Both the position numbers and the translations under genes were made by a program. Positions 57,165 through 64,000 of a DNA stretch of 64,000 nt are shown here, piece by piece (position 1 is the stretch's first letter; each line of letters starts with the position of its first letter). The DNA is taken from contig JBGSYZ010000015.1 of assembly GCA_041750655.1 (NCBI GenBank), positions 7,119-71,118 on the forward strand, read 5' to 3'. The stretch comes from Minisyncoccia bacterium (GTDB lineage: Bacteria; Patescibacteriota; Minisyncoccia; Phycocordibacterales; UBA918). Below the pieces are notes generated by a model. The model had not been told where the DNA came from. It made no database searches and saw nothing but the letters and a program-made list of their open reading frames with translations.

Positions 57165-59174
57165 ATGAGTAAAGTATTAGATATTGCTGTTGCTAAGTTC
57201 GCTGTAGCGTTCGTAGCAGTAGCTATGCTTGTATCTCTTGTAGCTCCTGTTGCGCAAGCACAGACTACAGAAGAACTACAAGCTATGATCAATGACCTGC
57301 TTGCCCAAGTTGCTGCTCTACAGGGAACTGTAGGTGGTACAACTTCAGTTGGCGCAGGTGTGTGTCCATACACATGGACACGTTCTCTTAACAGCGGCGC
57401 CACCGGTGCTGATGTTATGACTCTTCAGAAGTTCCTAAACGCTGATCCAGAAACACGTGTTGCTGTATCAGGGGCTGGTTCAGCTGGAGCGGAAACTAGT
57501 TACTACGGTGGCCTTACAGGTGCTGCAGTGGCTAAGTTCCAAACCAAGTACCGTGCAGATATTCTGACACCACTTGGACTTGTTAACGCCACAACTTACT
57601 TTGGTCCATCAACAATGGCTCAAGCTAACAAGTTGTGTGTATCTGCTCCAGTAATGGATGACAGTTCAGATGATTCTTCAGATGATTCTTCAGATGATTC
57701 TTCAAGCGCTGCACTTAGCGGTGGTGAAGCTTCACTAGACAATTTTGATTTAACAAGTGGTGATGACACTGATCTACAAGAAAACCAAGAAAATGCTCCA
57801 GTAGCAGACATTGAGTTTGACGTAAAAGATGGTGACATCAAGATTAGCCGTGTTGACATCATCTTTGATGCCACTGGTTCTACAGTTGAAGAAGATCCAT
57901 GGGATACTTTTGAAACTGTATCTCTATGGGTAGACGGAGACATGATTGCTGAAATGGATGTGAATGACCGAAACGATTGGTCACGAAACACTCCTTCTAC
58001 AGGATTTGACCGAGTTCGTCTAACTGGACTTGACCAAGTATTCCGAGAAGGTGATACCGCCAACATCACTGTTGGTGTAACAGTACAAAATACTGTTCGT
58101 GGCGTAGATTCTACCGCTGCAAACTGGGATATTTACATTCCAGATGATGGTGTTCGTGGACGAGATGGTGCTGGTATCGACCAATACGTTGGTGAGGATA
58201 CAGACACTGTTTCATTCAACATTGACGTAGCTGGTGCTGATGATCAAATTCGTGTAAACGAATCATCAAATGACCCAGCAGCGACTACTCTAGAACTTAA
58301 GGATGATACTCGTTCTGACTGGACTACTGTTATGGCTTTCGAGCTTGACACTCGTGACAGTACAAACGATATTGAAATCCAAGGTCTAGAACTTAACTTC
58401 AACTTCAGTTCAAGTACTTACGCTGGTCTAGTAGACGATATTCGTCTAGTAGCTGATGGTAATACTTACACTGACGAATCAGTAACTGGTGACGATGTTA
58501 CCTTCACATTCGACAATGAATTCTTCATTGACGCTGGTGATGCTACTGATGTAGAGGTTGAAGTTCGCTTCAAGAAACTTAATCCAGGTGACGAAGGCAC
58601 AACTATGTCTATCGATGTAGATGCTGCCAACGTTGAAGCTGAAGGTGAAAACAACGTTACTGACCTAACTGGTGTGGCTTCAAGCGAGACACACACACTT
58701 CGAACTGAAGGTGTTGGTCTAGAGCTTGTTTCACAAACAGCAACATCTAAGAATAACGACACTACACCAGCTTCTAGTTACGGTGAGTACAAGATCACAT
58801 TCGATGCTACTGCTATTGGAGACACTATGTGGATTCCACTAACAGCTGCTCGAAATGCTTCTAGTACAGTTGGTGCGGCGTACCAAATCGAAGATGCTAA
58901 CGGAAGTGCTACGACTAGTGGTACAGTGACTGAGTCACTTACCCGTAAGTCTGGTGGTTCAGTAACTGGTAACTTTGTTAAGATCAGCGAAGGTCAAACA
59001 GCAACGTTTGAACTCGTTGTGACTTACGACCCTACTCTTACTGGGCAATACCGCTTGCAGTTGCTAAGTTCTGCATTCAAGCCAGTAACTTCTGGAACCC
59101 CAAGTGGTTCTGATGTTGCTACAGCTTTGCCTGCTGAAGACTTCGAAACTAGTAACACACTTGTAAATAACTAA
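57165..59174 (+). CDS. Major surface/S-layer-like protein with peptidoglycan-binding-like domain
   Basis: Signal peptide; LN.G.TG.DV..LQKFLN..FQ..YFGP.T; acidic beta-rich body; strong codon bias. Confidence 0.7.
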   Translation: MSKVLDIAVAKFAVAFVAVAMLVSLVAPVAQAQTTEELQAMINDLLAQVAALQGTVGGTTSVGAGVCPYTWTRSLNSGATGADVMTLQKFLNADPETRVAVSGAGSAGAETSYYGGLTGAAVAKFQTKYRADILTPLGLVNATTYFGPSTMAQANKLCVSAPVMDDSSDDSSDDSSDDSSSAALSGGEASLDNFDLTSGDDTDLQENQENAPVADIEFDVKDGDIKISRVDIIFDATGSTVEEDPWDTFETVSLWVDGDMIAEMDVNDRNDWSRNTPSTGFDRVRLTGLDQVFREGDTANITVGVTVQNTVRGVDSTAANWDIYIPDDGVRGRDGAGIDQYVGEDTDTVSFNIDVAGADDQIRVNESSNDPAATTLELKDDTRSDWTTVMAFELDTRDSTNDIEIQGLELNFNFSSSTYAGLVDDIRLVADGNTYTDESVTGDDVTFTFDNEFFIDAGDATDVEVEVRFKKLNPGDEGTTMSIDVDAANVEAEGENNVTDLTGVASSETHTLRTEGVGLELVSQTATSKNNDTTPASSYGEYKITFDATAIGDTMWIPLTAARNASSTVGAAYQIEDANGSATTSGTVTESLTRKSGGSVTGNFVKISEGQTATFELVVTYDPTLTGQYRLQLLSSAFKPVTSGTPSGSDVATALPAEDFETSNTLVNN

Positions 59175-59248
59175 TAAGTTATTTACTAGTACAAGCTAGT
59201 CAATCGTAGGCTGAAATCTAGTATTCTTCTCCACGTTGAGTATTAGTC

Positions 59249-59283
59249 AAAAAGCGCTCCCGTAAGGGAGCGCTTTTTGTTTG
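59249..59283 (+). terminator. Intrinsic terminator
   Basis: aaaaagcgctccc-gtaa-gggagcgcttttt. Confidence 0.8.
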
Positions 59284-59470
59284 GTTATAGTTTTGGGTGG
59301 TGGCAGGATAAAAGAGAAGTGCCCGGCGCCTTTAGGCGCCGGGCATTTTCTTTTTCTTTTTTCTATAACTATTTGTAGCTAGGTCTTTCCTAGCTATTAT
59401 TCATTTATATACAAATATATACAAAGAGGGGCGCCTTTGGCGCCCCTCTTTTGCTATACTTAAGCGCAAG

Positions 59471-59569
59471 ATGTTTAACAAAACCTTTTATAAATTTTTA
59501 TATAGTTTTATTGCCATTGTTGCTTCCACTATGGTTTTAATATTAGTTATTGGGCATTTAACAAAATAA
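59471..59569 (+). CDS. Putative 32-aa single-TM peptide
   Basis: MFNKTFYKFLYSFIAIVASTMVLILVIGHLTK; TGCTATACT promoter 10 nt upstream. Confidence 0.45.
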   Translation: MFNKTFYKFLYSFIAIVASTMVLILVIGHLTK

Positions 59570-59572
59570 TTT

Positions 59573-60055
59573 ATGAGAGTCACTGATCAGTATTTTTGGA
59601 ACTTTGTTTTTGGGCTTTTCTTTTTAGCTTTGGTGGTAATGGGGGCGGTCGCGCTTGATTCGGAAACGGCTCGAGATTTTGCCACTCTCACTTTCGCCGA
59701 TTATGCACTTATGACCTTGGCTTCGTGGCGTTTGATTCGTTTGTTTGTATACGACACAGCGACTAAATTTATCCGTGAACAATTTTACGATGCCACTAAA
59801 GTAAAGGGGGGAGTGATGCTTGAAAAACCAGCTCGTGGTCCACGACGCACACTAGCTGATCTTTTGTGCTGCCCGTGGTGTTTTGGTGTGTGGGCCACTG
59901 CTCTGGTGGTCTTTTGCTACATGGCGTTTTCATGGGCAGTATATCCTGTGGCTTTTCTGGCTCTCTCTGCTGCTGCCTCATTTCTCCAAATTCTTTCTAA
60001 TCTCGTCGGTCACAAAGCTGAGCAACTTAAAAACCAAAACGAAGGACGAATGTAA
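59573..60055 (+). CDS. DUF1360-family membrane protein
   Basis: LASWRLIRLFVYD..IR; LLCCPWCFGVW. Confidence 0.8.
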   Translation: MRVTDQYFWNFVFGLFFLALVVMGAVALDSETARDFATLTFADYALMTLASWRLIRLFVYDTATKFIREQFYDATKVKGGVMLEKPARGPRRTLADLLCCPWCFGVWATALVVFCYMAFSWAVYPVAFLALSAAASFLQILSNLVGHKAEQLKNQNEGRM

Positions 60056-60058
60056 TTT

Positions 60059-60451
60059 ATGGTCATTCCAGAATTTTGTACAAAATATCTCACTGCAGCC
60101 GAAGGTAAGGCTTTGGCTACATGTGGCAAGGAAGGAGTAAGCGTGGTGCCAGTTTCCAGTCTAAAATTAATAGACGAAAAAATAATTTTAGTTAATTATT
60201 TTTTCAATCAATCTCTTACCAACATCGAACAAAATCCAAAAGTTGCTTTAGCGGCTTGGATTGGTCTTGAGGGCTGTCGCGTGGAGGCTACGGCCGAGCA
60301 TGTAACAGAGGGGGAGGTTTTTGACGAAGTTGTAGCTTGGATAAAAGAAACACTCCCTGAACGAGTGGTAAAAGGTGTGCTTATTCTCACCCCGACCGCT
60401 TTCTATGACATCAGCGCTGGCCCAGAAGCAGGAAAGCGCATCGAAGACTGA
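60059..60451 (+). CDS. Pyridoxamine 5'-phosphate oxidase-like FMN-binding protein
   Basis: LAT..VVPV; NIEQNPKVAL; GPEAGK. Confidence 0.75.
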   Translation: MVIPEFCTKYLTAAEGKALATCGKEGVSVVPVSSLKLIDEKIILVNYFFNQSLTNIEQNPKVALAAWIGLEGCRVEATAEHVTEGEVFDEVVAWIKETLPERVVKGVLILTPTAFYDISAGPEAGKRIED

Positions 60452-60494
60452 CCCCTTTCATTTTCAATAAAATTTGCTATAGTATCGGGCAACA

Positions 60495-60566
60495 GGCTCA
60501 TGACAGTTGGTCTGTGTGCGTAAAGGCACACAAATAAAGAAGCGTTTGCTTCGCCAGCCGAGGTCC
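60495..60566 (+). promoter_or_regulatory. Ribosomal protein L10 leader
   Basis: GACAGTTGG..TAAA..CCAGCCGAGG matches the L10-leader kink-turn pattern; upstream of rplJ. Confidence 0.65.
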
Positions 60567-60672
60567 AATCTCAATTTATTTTGATACTGGAGGTCGAAGC
60601 CTAGGAGTGAAAAAATCCTTTGGATTTTTTCACTCGTGGGCCTGGAATTTAATCACGTAAATAAATTTTACT

Positions 60673-61161
60673 GTGGCAATTACAAAAGCAAAAAAAGAAG
60701 AAATCTTAACTAAACTGGAAGGGATCAAGAAAGATTCTGACTCAATCGTATTCGTGAACTTCACTCAAATGGAAGGTAACGATGTTACCGCTATGCGCGC
60801 TAAGTTGCGAGAAGAGGGAGTGGGCTACTTTGTTGCCAAGAAAACCCTCGTTGCTCGAGCCTTTGATGGTGCGTTTGAAGGTGAAGTACCAGCGCTTGAT
60901 GGCGAGATTGCACTGGCATACAGCACAGATGCTATCGCACCAGCACAAAACATCAAGGAGTTTTCTGGAAAGTTTAAGGACAAGATCGCTATCGTCGGTG
61001 GAGTGTTTCAAGGTGTATACAAATCACGCGAAGAAATGACTGAGATTGCTTCAATCCCACCACTACAAGTATTACGAGGAATGTTCGTGAATGTTATCAA
61101 CTCACCGATTCAAGGTGTTGTGTTAGCACTTAATGCTATTTCTGATAAGAAATCTGCATAA
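60673..61161 (+). CDS. rplJ: 50S ribosomal protein uL10
   Basis: KKEEIL, RAKLR..VAKKTL; precedes rplL. Confidence 0.93.
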   Translation: MAITKAKKEEILTKLEGIKKDSDSIVFVNFTQMEGNDVTAMRAKLREEGVGYFVAKKTLVARAFDGAFEGEVPALDGEIALAYSTDAIAPAQNIKEFSGKFKDKIAIVGGVFQGVYKSREEMTEIASIPPLQVLRGMFVNVINSPIQGVVLALNAISDKKSA

Positions 61162-61308
61162 TTGATTAATCTAAAAAATAATTATGGCTGAAGACAAATA
61201 AGTAATAGGGAGCGTAAGCGACCATATTCTTATTTGGTTCCGAATTTCTTTAATTCCTAAAAGAAATTCCTGGAACGCTCACTATAAGAAACTAAATATA
61301 AAATTACT

Positions 61309-61785
61309 ATGAGTGATGAAAAAGAAACAGAAGTAGTTGCTGAGGCAGCTACTCCAGAAGTTAAAGAAGCTGCTCCAGCAGCTAATGACTCAGGTGTTGA
61401 TGAGACAGTTGAAGTTCCAAAAGAGTTCAAGAAGCTAGTAGAAGAAGTAGAGAATATGACTGTTCTGCAACTGAACGAACTAGTTAAGGTTCTAGAAAAG
61501 CGTTTTGGTGTATCAGCGGCTGCGGTGGCAGTAGCTGGTCCAGCTGCCGGCGGTGATGCTGGCGGTGATGAGCAATCAGAATTTACCGTCGTACTCGCAG
61601 ATGCTGGTGCGGCCAAGATTGCAGTTATCAAGGCTATCAAAGAGGCTTTAGGACTCGGTCTTAAGGAAGCGAAAGATATGGTTGACGCTGCTCCTGGCGA
61701 CGTAAAGGCTGGTATGAAGAAGGAAGATGCTGAAGCCCTCAAGGCTAAGCTTGAGGAAGCTGGCGCTAAGGTGGAACTTAAGTAA
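61309..61785 (+). CDS. rplL: 50S ribosomal protein bL12 with N-terminal extension
   Basis: [31 protein letters not shown]. Confidence 0.96.
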   Translation: MSDEKETEVVAEAATPEVKEAAPAANDSGVDETVEVPKEFKKLVEEVENMTVLQLNELVKVLEKRFGVSAAAVAVAGPAAGGDAGGDEQSEFTVVLADAGAAKIAVIKAIKEALGLGLKEAKDMVDAAPGDVKAGMKKEDAEALKAKLEEAGAKVELK

Positions 61786-61906
61786 AGTTTCTCGCTAAAA
61801 ATAAAAAGCGTGGACAACTGTCCATGCTTTTTATTTTTACAAAACACCCCAAATTCCTTGTCCAGACCAGTAAATCCGACATCGTGATATACTCGGAACA
61901 TTCAGT

Positions 61907-62530
61907 ATGGCAGCAGATCCTCTCGCAATCCTCTTCGGTAGTCCGTCACGGGTAAAACTCCTGCGTTTTTTCTTATTTAACCCGTCCAAAGAATTTACTT
62001 TTGAAGAAATCAGCCGCCGAGCCAAGCTGGTTCGACGTACCGCTCGCACCGAAATCAACGCCCTCGAGCGCGCCAGTGTAATCAAAAAAACCAGTATTTT
62101 TATACCCAGCGAAAGAACCGGAAAAAAGGTTCGTACTGTCGTATATATTTTAAATAAAAAATTTCCCGAACTGCAGGCTCTACAAACCTTCCTCTTTGAA
62201 ACCGCTCCGATTAATGGACTAACTTTGTTGAAACATTTAAATAAAGTAGGGAAGATAGACTTCTTGGTAACTTCAGGAGTATTCGTGCGCGAGTTTGAGC
62301 ATAGGCTCGATTTTATGCTGGCAATGAAGAAATTGGATGAACCAAAAATTGAAAACGCTATCCGGGCTCTTGAGAGTGAATTAGGGATTGAAATTCGTTA
62401 CGCTGCGTTCACCTCTGAAGATTTAAAGTATCGCGTTGGCATGCACGATAAACTCATTCGCGATGTATTTGATTATTCTCACGAAGTGTTGGTAGACAAA
62501 CTGGGTATTGAAAACGAAATGCAACGGTAA
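61907..62530 (+). CDS. wHTH protein with degenerate nucleotidyltransferase-like domain
   Basis: LFGSPSRVKLL.FF N-terminal HTH; GVF..LD; CPR-typical. Confidence 0.6.
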   Translation: MAADPLAILFGSPSRVKLLRFFLFNPSKEFTFEEISRRAKLVRRTARTEINALERASVIKKTSIFIPSERTGKKVRTVVYILNKKFPELQALQTFLFETAPINGLTLLKHLNKVGKIDFLVTSGVFVREFEHRLDFMLAMKKLDEPKIENAIRALESELGIEIRYAAFTSEDLKYRVGMHDKLIRDVFDYSHEVLVDKLGIENEMQR

Positions 62531-62625
62531 TCATTGACAAGTACTGTTCCTGTTGCACGGTCATACTTTTCCGTAATGTACGTTATTATATAGGTGTAGT
62601 TTAGTAATTAACTCACAATACACAT

Positions 62626-63327
62626 ATGGAACGTGATTTATTCGGAGTTCTTGAGATGTCATTCTACAGTTTATGGAACGACGTTCTCTCGTATCTTCCC
62701 TCAGTCCTAATCGCTCTTTTGGTTCTTATCGTTGGTTGGATTATTGCTGGTTCACTCAAAGTAGTAATCGAAAGTGTGTTCACCAAACTTAAGGTAAACG
62801 AAGCTTTGGATAAAGCCGGAGTTGACTCACTAGCTCAACGAGCTGGGTACAAACTTAAAGCCGGTGTGTTTGTCGGGACTTTAGTAAAATGGTTTGTTAT
62901 TCTCGTTTTCTTTGTGGCCGCACTGGAGATTTTGCATCTCAGTCAAGTAACGGTCTTTTTCCGAGATGTAGTACTTGGGTACTTACCTAAAGTAATTGTC
63001 TCAGTGCTAATCCTGTTGGTCTCAACTATTGTGGCTAACGTAGCGAGCGCTAGTGTGGTGGCAGCCGCTCGGGCAGCGGAAATAAAAACCGCAGATATGT
63101 TGGGCTCAGTGACACGCTACGCCATCTTGGTATTCGCGTTACTAGCGGTACTTAATCAACTTAATATCGCGGCTGAATTGGTAAATACACTCTTTATGGG
63201 CATTGTCTTTGCCGCTTCACTAGCTTTTGGTCTCGCGTTTGGGTTGGGAGGAAAGGAAGCAGCTGCCAGATACATTGCTGAAATGACTGGAAAAGGGGAA
63301 GGACATAGTGGACATCACCACCATTAA
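62626..63327 (+). CDS. MscS TM-helix (CmpX-like) membrane protein
   Basis: Repeated YLP..I.A..L..G; LAFGLAFGLGGKE. Confidence 0.8.
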   Translation: MERDLFGVLEMSFYSLWNDVLSYLPSVLIALLVLIVGWIIAGSLKVVIESVFTKLKVNEALDKAGVDSLAQRAGYKLKAGVFVGTLVKWFVILVFFVAALEILHLSQVTVFFRDVVLGYLPKVIVSVLILLVSTIVANVASASVVAAARAAEIKTADMLGSVTRYAILVFALLAVLNQLNIAAELVNTLFMGIVFAASLAFGLAFGLGGKEAAARYIAEMTGKGEGHSGHHHH

Positions 63328-63385
63328 GATAGGTGTAGTGTAGAAAAAAGGCCGGTGCGCGTACGCACCGGCCTTTATTGTTTCA

Positions 63386-64000
63386 TCAGGACTTGAGTAT
63401 AGCGCCATACTTAGCAGCAATTCTTGCTGCTTCATCTGGATCTATTTCGAGTAGACTTCTGCCAGGGTCGAATGAACGTTCAGTTGAAAGAGGCTTGATC
63501 ACTCGTGAATGTTTTGCGTCGTAAAGATTGTTCAGAATCTCCAACACTCGCCCAAGCTCTTCCGCACTCTTAACTGCGTCTTTCATCAACGCTTTGACCT
63601 CTTCTGCGCTTTTGTCAGCACAAGCGGCTCTGATCATGTCGCGGGTAAGCGTCACGATGCTTGATTTGCTGGTAACTTTGACACTCGCATTAAGCATCTT
63701 GAAAATATTGGCAGGGGAACGGCCGTACGTCTTGCCAGCTGCTTGCCCACCACCACCAAGATACCCATCGTGTTTGACTTTACCATTTTTGATGAACTCG
63801 ATGGCTTGGTTTGCATGCATGCCTTGTTCTTCAATGCGTTTAAACAAGGCGCGCTGTAACCCAAAACTTAACTTATCGGCGCCATCGAGTTCATTAAAAG
63901 GAATATCTTCTTTAGATAACTCATACCGCTGCATCATTTCGAGAAAGTTTCCCGCCTCGACATCAGTGATTGAACCTAGAGCTTCAGCTACACCAATAGG
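63386..64000 (-). CDS. Hypothetical protein, 5' end outside window
   Basis: Frame stays open from 63937 to the window end; GC palindrome 63347-63376 after stop. Confidence 0.55.
   Translation of the reverse strand, partial: PIGVAEALGSITDVEAGNFLEMMQRYELSKEDIPFNELDGADKLSFGLQRALFKRIEEQGMHANQAIEFIKNGKVKHDGYLGGGGQAAGKTYGRSPANIFKMLNASVKVTSKSSIVTLTRDMIRAACADKSAEEVKALMKDAVKSAEELGRVLEILNNLYDAKHSRVIKPLSTERSFDPGRSLLEIDPDEAARIAAKYGAILKS

Noticed and set aside
57658-57705. 12-bp tandem repeat GATGATTCTTCA
   Set aside because: Encodes a DDSS linker in the surface protein; ordinary low-complexity coding repeat.

Overview
A 64-kb stretch of a Patescibacteria (CPR) chromosome, most likely Parcubacteria/Paceibacteria. 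The basis is inference from CPR-typical gene families, rplK with no rplA after it, and SD-less AT-rich translation starts. The code is standard (11). The core backbone is uppS, rluA, rplS, tRNA-Leu, tRNA-His, mscL, nrdB/nrdA, secE-nusG-rplK, dut, ileS, recO, glyS, metG, tatD, rpsF-ssb-rpsR, efp, an ECF sigma factor, recA, ftsK and rplJ-rplL. The main observation is two populations of genes. None of the ~20 housekeeping starts I checked has a Shine-Dalgarno (SD) motif. About 20 scattered accessory genes carry SD motifs, many of them textbook, and most units end at GC-rich palindromes. These include dcd, thyX, a Rhodobacterales-like tmk, a CarD-like factor, an SPFH protein, an HTH protein, an asparaginase-like protein and many ORFans, and three ORFans end in -AA/-AAE. 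This suggests a gene set tuned for another organism's (host) ribosomes. Other notable items: an NrdA lacking its C-terminal redox cysteines, paired with an ATP-cone-NrdB carrying an inserted Cys pair; a dense AARGACA heptamer array over a wHTH gene beside ftsK; a pseudoknotted leader and an identical 59-nt structured repeat next to a TrmB-like regulator; Correia/ERIC-like MITEs that supply promoters; and a histidine-phosphatase domain inside IleRS. All calls come from reading the sequence; no searches were run.
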